Positions 24,728 through 37,240 of a stretch of 64,000 nucleotides of DNA are shown piece by piece. The notes beneath the pieces were generated by a model. That model saw only the letters and a list, made by a program, of their open reading frames with translations, was not told the origin of the DNA and did not search any database. The translations under genes and the position numbers were made by a program. This stretch comes from Octopus sinensis (taxonomy: Eukaryota), in the NCBI RefSeq assembly GCF_006345805.1, contig NC_043007.1, positions 23,870,001 to 23,934,000 of the forward strand, given 5' to 3'. The stretch's first letter is position 1. Each line of letters starts with the position of its first letter.

Positions 24728-24927
24728 AATTATGCGAGATTTATTCCATACCCAGAAATAAACATTTGAGAGACAGAAGAAATAAGCTAAAACAATCCAG
24801 GATACTTGAAAAACGAAGAAGAAGCGTTATTGGAACACATGATCAATATCTGAACTTGATCAGAAGTTTTGAAGAAAAGGTTTATCGACATAAGAAAAGC
24901 AAATGGCGCTTAGTAAGCAATGTCAAA
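24728..24927 (+). CDS. Probable internal coding exon of an unidentified gene: xLCEIYSIPRNKHLRDRRNKLKQSRILEKRRRSVIGTHDQYLNLIRSFEEKVYRHKKSKWRLVSNVK
   Basis: Branch-like CTAAT, polypyrimidine ttttccctcttcctag acceptor, AAA|gtaagt donor; only one frame is open across the 200 nt (phase 1 in, phase 0 out); non-repetitive. Confidence 0.65.
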
Positions 24928-25670
24928 GTAAGTTTTTAATTTCACATAAATCATTCCTCTTTTGATGTTATAGCCCTTAATCTGCTTTTTATCCCCACTT
25001 CCTTCTTTTCACTGTTTGTATTTCTTTTAAACTTTATTAGAACTGTGGATTAGCAGAAGTGATAGATCGTCGTTTTTTTTAAAGCTCTACATTCAGATCC
25101 TTTAAAGGTCAACTTTGCCTTTCATCTTTTGGAAGTCAATGAAATAAAGTTGCCAACCAGGTATTGAGAGCGATATAACCGACTATTCCCCCTCTCTTAC
25201 ATTTTAGGCTTTGTACTTATGTTAGGAGCAATTATTAAGACATAAACATTGCTGAGCGGTTAAGAATTCACTTCGCAGTCCTGTGGTTCCGGTTCCATCC
25301 CACGGCATGCCATGTTGGACAAGAAGACAGAAAAACTACACAACCACACATGAAAGTTCTCCATTAACATGGCTGATTGTCATTAGTAATTCGACGAAAG
25401 AGAGAGCGGGAGAGAGAGAGCGGGAGAGAGAGAGAGAGAGAGGGAGGGAGAGTGAGAGAGTGTGAGAGAGAGGGAGAGTGACAGAGAGAGAGAGAGAGTG
25501 ACAGAGAGAGCGAGAGAGAGAGAGGGAGGGAGAAAGATATATATATATATCAATCTCGTTTGGCGAGCCGCTAAGTTATTTTATTGATATCCGTTGGTGT
25601 ACCGCTAAGTTATTTTATCGATCTCCTTTGGTGAACCCTAAGTTCTTTTATCGATCTCTGTCTGTCTGTC

Positions 25671-25715
<45 letters not shown>

Positions 25716-25721
25716 ATGTGT

Positions 25722-25792
<71 letters not shown>

Positions 25793-26309
25793 AATATATG
25801 AGAGAGCGAGGGAGAGAGAGACAGAGAGAGAGATTAATCGTGAAATTGAAATAAATACTGGAGTCAATATGACTGAAAATATTGGGTTGTCCGGAAAGTT
25901 CATGCCGATTTTTAAAGGAAAGAAAAAGGTCAGTGGGACTGAACCCAGAACTATGTGGTTCGTAAGCATGCTACTTACCACACAGCCACTCGTTGGACTT
26001 GGAACTCACCCAGCGTCGGGATCCTATGGTGAAATAGGGTGTGTCTTACGCACTTTTAGACGTGGTGGATCCCTCTTTCTCTAGGTCGGGCCGTAGCTGA
26101 TTCTTCCACAAAGAGATACAAACAAAAATCCAAAAGAAGAAAGAGAATTGACACCAGTACAAAACTGGTACTTTATTTATCGGCACCGAAGGTATGAAAG
26201 GCTAAGTTGGTCCCGTTGCTATTTGGACTTAGAGAACCGAAACAAATACCTTAAGGTAATGAATCCAACGCTCTAACAATTCAGCTACTGCGCCACTAAT
26301 ATTATAGGT

Positions 26310-26692
26310 ATGGAAGCACTCCGTCGGTTACGACGACGAGGGTTCCGGTTGATCCGATCAACGGAACAGCCTGCTCGTGAAATTAACGTGTAAGTGGCTG
26401 AGCACTCCACAGACACGTGTACCCTTAACGTAGTTCTCGGGGATATTCAGTGTGACACAGAGAGTGACAAGGCCGGCCCTTTGAAATACAGGTACAACAG
26501 AAACAGGAAGTAAGAGTGAGGGAAAGTTGTGGTGAAAGAGTACAGCAGGGATCACCACCATCCCTGCCGGAGCCTCGTGGGGCTCTTTAGGTGTTTTCGC
26601 TCAATAAACACTCACAGCGCCTGGTCTGGGAATCGAAACTGCGATCCTACGACCGCGAGTCCGCTGCCCTAACCACTGGGCCATTGCGCCTC
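26310..26692 (-). mobile_element. Full-length SINE family C (tail type 1) with TSD TATTATAGGTA
   Basis: Inverted, near-identical partner of 12242-12626. Confidence 0.92.
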
Positions 26693-27750
26693 GTATTATA
26701 GGTAAAACCTCCGATGAATCCACATCACAAGAGGAGACAATGATGAAGTGTAGTTACATCTATCCCCTTCATTCACTGAAGAATAAGAGGTGTCCCACCA
26801 TGGCCGAGACCCAGTGGCTGAAACCAGAGAAAATATAGACATATATAATAATACAGGATAATAATAAGCTGATGTGATTCCCTTCTGGTTAAAACTAGGC
26901 TAAATAAATAAAACATTTGCCATCACTGACGCAACCAAAAAAAAACATACACCATTATTGCTATATATAGAAGGGGAATTCAACTCCACCTATATATATG
27001 GGACACATGTATGCTAACGTAAGTTATATATAAACTTAGCAATAACCGCCATATTGAAGAGAGATTTAAGCTAGACTTTTTGAATGGAATTTCAGTCTTT
27101 TGCGCAATGTCTTACTTTCTTAAGTTTTCTCGATGACTTCCTGTCAAAAATGTTTAAGTCATACATAATTAAATAAGCTTTCCCCTTTCATTTCGAACAC
27201 ATTTTGTCATTCTCGTCTGACTTGCTTCATTTCCAGCCAAAGCATTCTGAGTTTCTGTGACTGTAGTCAAAATATAACTTAAATTGCTATGAATCTTTCC
27301 CTGCGGAATCACAGTCATATGGGTATAAGTGTTGACACATTGCGTAAATTCTTTGTTTGATTTTTTTCCTCGATTCCTAGGACCCATTATGTTGGTTTCC
27401 CTGTTTCCATGGCGTATAAGCGAACGGGATCACCACATTCCCCTGAACGGGACGCCGGTCAGTTGCAGGGTTCAAGGGCGGCAATTTATGAGGGTAGGGG
27501 ACAAGTCAATTGCATCGATCGCCTTATTTGACTGGTACTTTATTTTGTCGACCCCCGAAGAGCTGAAAGGCAAAGTTGATCTCGGCAGCATTTGAACTCA
27601 GAATGTAAAGAGTCAGAAGAAATGCCACTGAACAGGCGTGGCTATGTGGTAAGAAGCTTGTTTTCCAACCACAAGGTTCCCGGGATCAGTCCCACTGCGT
27701 GGCACCTTGGGCTAGTGTCTTCTGCTATAAGCCTCTTTCACATCAGCAAA

Positions 27751-27990
27751 TTCCGTAGCACTAGCTTTCGTCACTAGTGATGACCTTCGAAAAAAGGTCA
27801 GGATCAACTGCCAACTGTTCTTTCATCTCACGACACGCAATCAGCCGTGACAGCTTTTGATCTTCCATGAATAGACGGGGCGCACATTTTGCTACAACTT
27901 TTTTTTATTCGTGATTCCTCGTTCAAAATTCGTTGGCAGGAGTTCCAGGATACACCAGTTATATCAACAATTTCGCATATCAACAAGGTC
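27751..27990 (-). mobile_element. Mariner transposase fragment (irritans/Hsmar2-like), decayed
   Basis: ICEIVDITGVSWNSCQRILNEESRI..KVVAKCAPRL..EDQKLSRLIACREMKEQLAVDPDLFSKVITSDES*CYG matches the WVPR-like and ITGDE motifs. Confidence 0.75.
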
Positions 27991-28082
27991 GCATCAAGTA
28001 GTTTCTAGCAGCGGAAGTCCGAACTACTGCAGGCTTGTCCCACAGAGAACGTTTCCGGTTACCTTCTCACACACACACACAC

Positions 28083-28148
<66 letters not shown>

Positions 28149-28204
28149 CACACACACACCACACACACACACACACACGCACACACACACACATTCTTTG
28201 TTAT

Positions 28205-28580
28205 TCCTTTATTCTTTTACTTGTTTCAGTCATTTGACTGCGGCCATGCTGGAGCACTGCCTCTAGTCGAACAAATCGCCCCCAGAACTTATTCTTTGTA
28301 AGCCAGCGTAGTACTTGTTCTATGGATCCCCTTTGTCGAACCGCTAAGTTACGGTGACGTAAATACACCAACATCGGTTATCAAGCGATGGTGAGGGGAC
28401 AAACAGAGATGCACACATACATACACACACACATATACATTCGACGGGATTCTGTCAGTTTCCATCTACTCTGGTCGGTCCGAGGCTATAGTAGAAGACA
28501 CTTGCCCAAGGTGCCACGCAGTGGGACTGAATCCAGGGCCATGTGGTTGGGAAGCAAACTTCTTAACCACACAGCCACTC
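28205..28580 (-). mobile_element. SINE family B
   Basis: Family B reverse complement. Confidence 0.88.
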
Positions 28581-28589
28581 CGCTTAAAC

Positions 28590-28645
<56 letters not shown>

Positions 28646-28649
28646 ATAT

Positions 28650-28707
<58 letters not shown>

Positions 28708-28710
28708 ATA

Positions 28711-29074
28711 CTAGCAGTATCGCCCGGCGTTGCTCGGGTTTGTTTCGACCCTTTAGAATTGGAATTTTTGAAAAGTATAAATTTTGCAATACGTAGCTTG
28801 TCATTCTCTTTAAGTGAATACACCGAAAAATGGCGACACAGCAGTCAAAAAATCGTAAAAAATGGGGGTTTTCATAGCAAAAAAGCACCTTTTTGGTGTA
28901 AATAATTTTTGGTCTAACATGGTCCGATTTGAATTTTTTCTTCTACAGAATGAAGAGCAAGCCTTCCTCTATCATACTCTCAATTTTGGTCAACTTGCGC
29001 CGCAAAGTCTCGGAGGAGATAGTATTAGTTGAAGGTTACCAAACCTGCCACACACACACAGACAACTTCAGCTT

Positions 29075-29080
<6 letters not shown>
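28711..29080 (-). mobile_element. Non-autonomous Helitron sharing the 3' end of the 9704 family but with a different interior
   Basis: CTAGCAGTATCGCCCGGCGTTGCTCGGGTTTG terminus. Confidence 0.75.
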
Positions 29081-29147
<67 letters not shown>

Positions 29148-30213
29148 ATTTTTCATAGTTGGTTATGGCCATATTTATAAATAAGCTTTCTGCGTGTGTA
29201 ACGTTTAAATGCTTTTAACTCTGGCTGCTACTCTGACTGTATCCAGAGAAGTTACCCGGAAGCTATATTGTGTATTTATTTAAATGAATTAAATGAAACT
29301 TCATAGAATTAGTGCACTTATTCCAGTTTTATTACAAACATCCTAGCTGACATCTCTGAGTCACTAGATAAGCACTTTTTATCAACTAGAAAATTGGACG
29401 TTAACATACTTAATTTAATGAGCCAACCAACTTTAATGACTTATGCTTGCACCCATGGCGAAGAGAGAAGTTCATTATTTTAATGATTAAATTTGATTGG
29501 GAAAGACAAGGAGGCAACCCCAATGATTAACCTTATTAAAATAGAGTGCAGGGTGCTGGTAGTAATTCTGAGTTTCGGTTGTTAGGTGATAAAATCCGGA
29601 CAAATTTCGGCCGTATTAGACTTCATCAGTGAAAGAAGAATTGTTTAACCCAGTATTCCATACTGTTTTTGGGTCATTGATTCCCTTTCACAAAGTGGTG
29701 GATTTTTCTTTTTTTTTTTTTATGCAAACACACCCCGCCTTCTTTTATAATAAAAATCTTTTCTACTCTAAACACAAGGCCGGAAATTTTAGAGGCGGAA
29801 ACTAAACGATTATTTCGACCCCAGTGCTCAACTGATACTTATTTCATCGACCCCAAGAAAATAAAAGAAAAAGTCGACCTCGGCGAAATTTGAACGTAAA
29901 GTCTGATGAATCACCGCTAAGTATTTTGTCCGGCACGTTAACGATTCTGCCACCCAACAAAAAATCACTGTGATATGTTTTTTTTTTGGGGGGGGGGGAG
30001 GGCATAGATCTCACAAGTGATCCCTGGAGGTAGCCAGACCTATAAATCTATCGACAAAATTATGTGTCAGATCGGAGTTAAAGACTGCTAGTCGCTACTC
30101 TTCACGAGCAAAAGGCCTAAATTCCAACTTCATTTGTCGTTACTTTTATATTTCCTGTTCTATGGAGTGGGCATTTTTGGCTGCGTTAATTTGAAGTTGT
30201 TCTGTTGATACCT

Positions 30214-30445
30214 ATTTCTTTATTACCCACAAGGGGCTAAACATAGAAGGGACAAACAAGGACAGACATAGGTATTAAGTCGATTAGATCGACCCTAGTG
30301 CGTTAATAGTACTTAATTTATCGACCCCGAAAGGATAAAAGGCAAAGTCGACCTCGGCGGAATTTGAACTCACAACGTAACGGCAGACGAAATACTGCTG
30401 AGCATTTCTCCCGGCGTGCTAACGATTCTGCCAGCTCGCCGCCTA
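30214..30445 (-). mobile_element. Full-length SINE family A with 14-bp TSD TTCTGTTGATACCT
   Basis: TSD at 30200-30213 and 30446-30459. Confidence 0.93.
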
Positions 30446-30479
30446 TTCTGTTGATACCTGTTCTCTTAAAGGGACTTTT

Positions 30480-30690
30480 CTATCGGCTTGAGACTCCAAC
30501 CTCCGTCGTTTCTGCTCTCGTCTTTTGTTCCCTCAAGCGGGCTTGCCTAGTCGTTTCCAATTGAAGTCTTGCTTCTCGTTGCTCTTGTGTCTCCAACGGT
30601 ATTTCGTTGTCTCTGGGACTGGAGCCTGTCCTACCTTTCTTCTTGTGTATCCCTTGCCCTTTGACTTATGGAGCTTTCGGCTTTCAGATG
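30480..30690 (-). mobile_element. Decayed STPR-like repeat fragment as found N-terminal in Helitron RepHel proteins
   Basis: ETQEQREARLQLETTRQARLREQKTRAET reading on the minus strand. Confidence 0.45.
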
Positions 30691-30724
30691 ACAGAAAAGT
30701 ATTATGTTGTCTTCTGCGTGTCAT

Positions 30725-30930
30725 ACTCTTTTTTATTCTTTTACTTGTTTCAGTCATTTGACTGTGGCCATGCTGGAGCACCGCCTTTAGTCGAGCATAT
30801 CGACCCCAGGACTTATTCTTTGTAAGCCTAGTACCTAGTCTATCGGTCTCTTTTGCCGAACCACTAAGTTACGGGGACGTAAACACACCAGCATCGGTTG
30901 TCAAGCGATGTTGGGGGGGACAAACACAGA

Positions 30931-31001
<71 letters not shown>

Positions 31002-31090
31002 CACGACGGGCTTCTTTCAGTTTCCGTCTACCAAATCCACTCACAAGGCTTTGGTCGGCCCGAGGCTATACTAGAAGACACTTGCCCACC
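30725..31090 (-). mobile_element. SINE family B, 5'-truncated
   Basis: Family B reverse complement. Confidence 0.88.
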
Positions 31091-31267
31091 TCTGTTTAAG
31101 TTATCATTCATTTATTACTTATAAAAAGGAACTTTGTGTTGTACGTTGACTGCTAATAATACTAAATGAAATTGGTAATAAATAAGGGTTTTTCGTGTGT
31201 TTTCAACTAATCTGACCTCTACATTATTTACATTCGACGGATATTTGTCCTCATCTTGTTTGTTGTT

Positions 31268-31313
31268 AACACAACATTTCGGCTAATATACCCTCCGGCC
31301 TTCTTCAGGTGTC
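31268..31313 (-). ncRNA. Hammerhead motif, partly decayed paralogue of 13947-13992
   Basis: GACAC-CUGAAGA-A-GGCCG..UAGCC-GAA-AUGU-U-GUGUU. Confidence 0.45.
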
Positions 31314-32234
31314 TTGGGGGAAATTTCGAACCTGGGTTCTCATTCTTAAGGTATTTTTCGATGTTATTATTATTATTATTGTTGTTGTTCAGATCACTGC
31401 TTGGAATCGAACTCGAAATCTGACCTCTAACATGCTTTTTTACCCCCTGAAAGCTGCTTGGGGGTGAGGAAGAGGAAGCCTCAGATTTTTTTCTTTTCTT
31501 TGTTAGTTTTTTTTTTGCTTGTTTTCAACCGATCTCACATCCGACTCACTCGTTAACGAATCATTTTTCTGAAAAGAGACCCTTCCCTCCACGCCTGACG
31601 AGGAGGGAAGAGTCTCTCGAAATTACAGATAAGCACTTTTTGAATCGATCAACTATTTGAACACTCCTTGCGTTACATGTGCTACGATTCGAATCAATGG
31701 TATTTTCATTTTGTGAAGTTTGGTGTTATATATATATATATAAGGTATCTACCTATTTATGTTTATCTATAATACTTATAAAACGGAAATTTGTTTGTTT
31801 ATTGACCGCTGATAACACATAATCTTGAGTAAAATTGAGTATTATATGATCTCAAAATGATTAAAAATTCAATAACTACTGTTATGTGAACAGCTGGTTT
31901 CACAGTTTACGCCTACACACACTGGCTCACTTACACAGCCGCCATTTCAAGTCACTACAAATTCATATTATCCACTGGACACTTGAATTGATCTATCATT
32001 TGAACATTCCTTCTGCTACGTGTGCTATGGTTCGAAGCAATTGCATTTTCGTTTTGTGAAGTGAAATTTGGTGATATATATAAAAGGTATAATTGTTCCA
32101 CTGGAACGATTTTTTTAAAGCTTAGTAGTTATATTATAATAAAGCTACGTGACTGAATTTAGAAACAACAAAAAATGAATTAAATGTTACGGGACTTTTT
32201 TAAAATTTTTTTTTAACATTTTACTATAAAACTT

Positions 32235-32650
32235 TCAACATGATGCTTGCTTACGAACTACATGGTTCCGGGTTCAGTCCCACTGCATGACACCTTGGGC
32301 AAGTGTCTTCTACTGTAGCATCGAGTCGACCAAAGCCTTGTGAGTGGATTTGGTAGACGGAAACTGAAAGAAGCCCGTCGTATATATATATATATATATT
32401 TATGTGTGTTTGTGTGTGTGTGTGTGTGTGCGTGTGAGTTTGTGTGTTTGTATGTCTATGTGTGTCTGTGTTTGACCCTCCAGCATCGTTTGGCAACCGA
32501 TGGTGGTGTGTTCCTCGTAAACACACCACCATCTTAAAAGAGACTGATAAAATAAGTACTAGACTGACAAGGAATAAGCCCTGGTGTCGATTTGTTCGAC
32601 TATAGGCGGTGCTCCAGCATGGCCGCAGTCAAATGAGCGAAACAAAAAAA
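32235..32650 (+). mobile_element. SINE family B
   Basis: Family B sequence. Confidence 0.85.
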
Positions 32651-33104
32651 AAAGAGAAAAGAAAGAAAGAAACTAAGTTACGTCTAATAATAATTTGTAC
32701 AACAAAAGATCTGTTTGCATGTCAAAGAGGAAATTTGCAAGCAAGCACGCACACACACAGCGACCACTTATCCTGGAGCAATATCTATAACCTCTCGCAT
32801 GACTCATCTAGAAATGAAATCATCCCGTATCTCACACGATTCTAGCTCTGCTTATTTGAAATCCTTATTCCAAGGACAAAGCGCAGATGCGAAAAAAAAA
32901 AAAAAGAAAACCCAACAAAAGAAAAATCAAATAAATAAAGCGGAAAACTATCTCGGCTTCGCATCGTAAAATTCGCCACACAAAAAGGATTATAACAATT
33001 TATCTTTATTTTAAAATGTTTTCAAGAAATATAAATTAACGAATATATCTTTACATCCGAGGTATTTTCTCGTTGGTTTTGTTGTTATTATTCGGTTATT
33101 ATTT

Positions 33105-33520
33105 TTGGGCGGCGAGCTGGCAGAATCATTAGCACGCCGGGCGAAATGCGTATACGTATTTTGTTTGCCGTTACATTCTGAATTCAAATTCCACCGAGGT
33201 CGACTTTGCCTTTCATCCTTTCGGGGTCGATAAATTAAGTACCAGTTACGCACTGAGGTCGATATAATCGACTTAATCCGTTTGTCTGTCCTTGTTTGTC
33301 CTCTCTGTATTTAGCCCCATGTGGGTAGTAAAGAAATAGGTATTTCGTCTGCCGTTACATTCTGAATTCAAATTCCGCCGAGGTCGACTTTGCCTTTCAT
33401 CCTTTCGGTGTCGATAAATTAAGTACCAGTTACGCACTGAAGTCGATATAATCCACTTAATCCGTTTGTCTGTCCTTGTTTGTCCCCTCTGTGTTTAGCC
33501 CCTTCTGGGCAATAAAGAAA
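33105..33520 (+). mobile_element. SINE family A tandem dimer
   Basis: Head at ~33107; junction AAAGAAATA|GGTATTTCG near 33338. Confidence 0.9.
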
Positions 33521-33776
33521 TAAGAAACAGCACTATATTGTATCGCACATATATAACCTAAAGTGCTTTCAATACAATAGAAACCGCAAAGTATATAAGT
33601 GGATGCATCCACTTATAGACATGGGTAAGTGAATGCCTTTGTTTTAATGACTTTGTGAAGTTGGGAGGGTTTCTTTTGGTTATTGCAATGGCGAACTGAG
33701 CTTCTGTGTCGTAAGATTTGTTTCCAAAACTACTGTTGTGATGGTTTGTGTTGCTATTGTTGTTGCTGTTGCTTGC

Positions 33777-34189
33777 TTGTTTGTTTGTTTGTTTGTTAAG
33801 CGTTGCGGTCTCCGTCCCAGAGCTCGCAAGATCGCGCCTCAGGATTGTCTGTAGTGGGAGAAGTCCGAAACGTGGTCCTTTGCTATTCGTAAGACCCGCA
33901 GAAGAGAAAGCAGGTCAACCCCCGACACCGAGAGCGTCGACGGATGGATGAATGCGCATCCAGGCTCAGCGGTTGCGTAGGAAGCTGGGGACAAGAAACA
34001 GGAAGAAAGAGTGAGAAAAAGTTGGAGCGAAAGAGTACAACAGGGGTCGCCCCCCCCCCCTGCCGGAGCCTGGTGGAGCTTTAGGTGCTTTCGCTCAGTA
34101 AACACACACAACACCCGGTCTGGGAATCGAAACCGCGATCCTCCGACCGCGAGTTCGCTGCACTGACCATTGGGCCATTGCGCCTCCAC
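33777..34189 (-). mobile_element. SINE family C head with alternative tail type 2 and (AAAC)n end
   Basis: Head and core match 12242; the 3' ~190 nt are unrelated to tail type 1. Confidence 0.85.
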
Positions 34190-34258
34190 TGTTGCTGTTG
34201 CTGATTTTGTTGGTGGTGCTTCTATGGCTGCAGCTGTTACTGCAGATGTCGAATTATA

Positions 34259-34359
34259 GCTACGGCGGTACACATTCTAAAATTGGAACAATAAAGAGAA
34301 GATTAGCATGACATCTGTGCAAGGATGACACGCAAATTCGCGAAGTGTTCTATATTTTT
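34259..34359 (+). pseudogene. U6: U6 snRNA pseudogene (about nt 7 to the 3' end)
   Basis: CTAAAATTGGAACAATAAAGAGAAGATTAGCATG...CAAGGATGACACGCAAATTCG...TATATTTTT; about 14 mismatches in 101 nt against canonical U6 recalled from memory; ACAGAGA box mutated to AAAGAGA. Confidence 0.92.
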
Positions 34360-34370
34360 CTATATTTTTC

Positions 34371-34792
34371 ACAGGAGTGGCTGTGTGATAAGAAGCTTGC
34401 TTCCGAACCACATGGTTCCAGGTTCAGTCCCACTGCGTGGCACCTTGGGTAACTGTCTTCTACTATAGCCACGGGCCGACTAAAGCCTTGTGAGTGGATT
34501 TGGCGGACGGAAACTGAAAGAAGCCCGTCGTATATAATATGTGTGTGAGTGGATTTGGTAGACAGAAACTGAAAGAAGCCTGTTGTATATATGTATATAT
34601 ATATATGTTTGTGTGTCTGTGTTTGTCTCCCCAACATCGCTTGACAACCGATGGTGGTGTGTTTACGTCCCCGTAACTTAGCGGTTCGGCAAAAGAGACA
34701 AATAGAATAAGTACTAGGCTTACAAAGAATAAACTCTGGGGTCGATTTGCTCGACTAAAGTCAAATGACTGAAACAAGTAAATGAGTAAAAG
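34371..34792 (+). mobile_element. SINE family B with an internal duplication, directly 3' of the U6 pseudogene
   Basis: CAGGAGTGGCTGTGTG head; GTGAGTGGATTTGG...AAACTGAAAGAAGCC appears twice. Confidence 0.9.
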
Positions 34793-35248
34793 TGTATATA
34801 TTCAGCATAGTACAATGTAAGGCAGGTTTGTATCTTGGATCAGGTATTTTGGCGTGTATAGAGAACCCCAAGAAAGGAGTAACTGTTATCCTTTCTCCTC
34901 ATAATAATGCCCACAGTTAACGGCAAGAGCTGACCAATCGCTTGTTGTAACGACTGATTCTACCGACGCAGCTGTGCGAAGCTCATTTCAAAAACTAAAA
35001 AAAACCCAATAAAACAATAAAACAATAAAACTCCCACTCCTTTAGTCTGTCGGAAATCCACTCCTATAAATTCCTCGGATAGAGAGAGAGGAAAGGAAAG
35101 ACAGAGGGAGAAAAGCATCATATATACGTAGAATATACATACATACATACATACATACATACATACATACATACATACACATATGTATATAGAGAGAGAT
35201 ATTCAGCATGCGCACACATATATGCGTGTATGTGTGCGTGTGTATATA

Positions 35249-35288
<40 letters not shown>

Positions 35289-36999
35289 AATATATATATG
35301 TATTTATATATATATATATACGCACACATATTATACACACACATATATGAGTATGTGTATAATATACGTATATATATGCATATATATATAGAGAGAGAGG
35401 GGGAAGAGAGGGGGAAGGAGGTGAGAGAGAGGTGGAGAGAGAGAGGTCTGTGTGTACGTGTGCGCGTGTGTGCGTGCGTATGTGTGCATAACTATATATA
35501 TATATATATATATATATAAGAGAGAGAGAGAGGGCAGGAGGGAGAGGGAGAGGAGAGAAAAAACGGAAGTGGAGACAAAACGAGATGGCGGCAGTTTACT
35601 GTCTCTGTTGGAAGTAACACTTTTTTTGTTATCGTCATTTCTTTAAAACGTGTCCGTTTAATAGTAGATGTGTTCCTTATATAAAACACATTCGAAAGTA
35701 CCAGATGAGACAAACTAAGCTCAAGTTAGGATGAATGAACTTAATCTGTTGAATTTAAACTAACTGGATACGGGTCAAAACATGCGTCGAAATCAAGGTA
35801 GGTTCAAACTAAAGATAAGTAATTTGATAGTATATTGTTTGTTATTGTCTTATCATACGTTTGTATGTGTGTGTGTGTGGTGTATTCATGTATGTAATGT
35901 ATATATGTATACATAGGATAGTTCTCGCTCATAAGGGGTATCTTCAGACTCCAAGATAATCACAAAGGGGTTTACCTTTAAAAATGAGGATTTTCCCCCT
36001 CCATATTTTAAAGAGGTCTCAGGCCAGCAGTGTTTGGGGTCTGAAGATTCGCCGGAAGGCTAAACCCCTTATGAGCGAGAAACGCAGGGCAAACCCATAA
36101 ATTGGCCGACCCCACTATAATATATGTATACATATATACGAACACACACATACAGATATATATGTATATGTATACATATGTATATATATACATAAATATA
36201 TATATGTGTGTATATGTATGTATATATATATACACACGCACACACACACATATGTATATGTATACATATGTATATATACATTCATAATGTATATATATAT
36301 GTATGTATGTATGTACATACATACATACATACATACATACATACGTACATACATTGATACACACACACATACATACACACATAATTTCGCTGTCAAATTG
36401 AAGTTTCATCCTTCTGGAGTCGAAAATAATAATAGTGAGAAAATCCCTGAATAAGTACTGATATATTTTATTACACTACATCCAGGGGCCCTCTTAATAA
36501 TATCATAGTCTCCGGGCAAAGCATTGCACTGGGACCCCTACGTACACAACCACAATATACGTAGACCGGTAAATTTGCGCGACCACGAACAACTGTTCAG
36601 TAAACACACGATTGACGGTATCTACTCTCCACTAAATGTGTAACTGTACGAAATTTTAAAATCATTATATTATGTTAAAAATTAAAATAGTGTTTAAAAT
36701 CATAATGTAATACTACATTAAAACATCGGTGATTTGACAGTAAACACAGCTGATCTTGTTAAACATTTCTGGCGCCTTTTCGTTTCCGGAACCCTCGGTT
36801 AATGGAAGTCAATGACGTTTCAAAATCACTTACATTTGACAAAGCATAATACAGTATTGCAGCTGACAGCGTTATAACCGTTCTGTCAGCACACAGCGGT
36901 TATTAACAGTCCAGTTCAAATCGGTCGTATCTGTTTCATCATTGGAGTTGATGAAAGCGTATTTGTCAGATGTAAATAAAGTTCGCCATTTAGTGAAAA

Positions 37000-37240
37000 G
37001 TGGAGGGTGTTAGGGTGTCAGCATCATGATCGTAAGATTGTGGTTTCGATTCCTGGACCGGGCAACACGTTGTGTTCTTGAGCAAAACACTTCATTTCAC
37101 GTTGCTCTAGTTCACTAAGCTGACAAAAATGAGTAACGCTGCGATGGACTGGCGTTCCGTCCAGCTGGGGAACACATACGCCATTGAAACCGAGAAACCG
37201 GGCCCATGAGCCTGGCTAGGCTTTAAAAGGGCGCATTTAT
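37000..37240 (+). mobile_element. SINE family D
   Basis: tRNA-like head with GGTTTCGATTCC B-box-like motif and CORE/V-like middle region. Confidence 0.8.

Noticed and set aside
36830-36990. Minus-strand peptide KWRTLFTSDKYAFINSND... near a GTAAGT donor
   Set aside because: A stop precedes the donor and no acceptor or start is evident.
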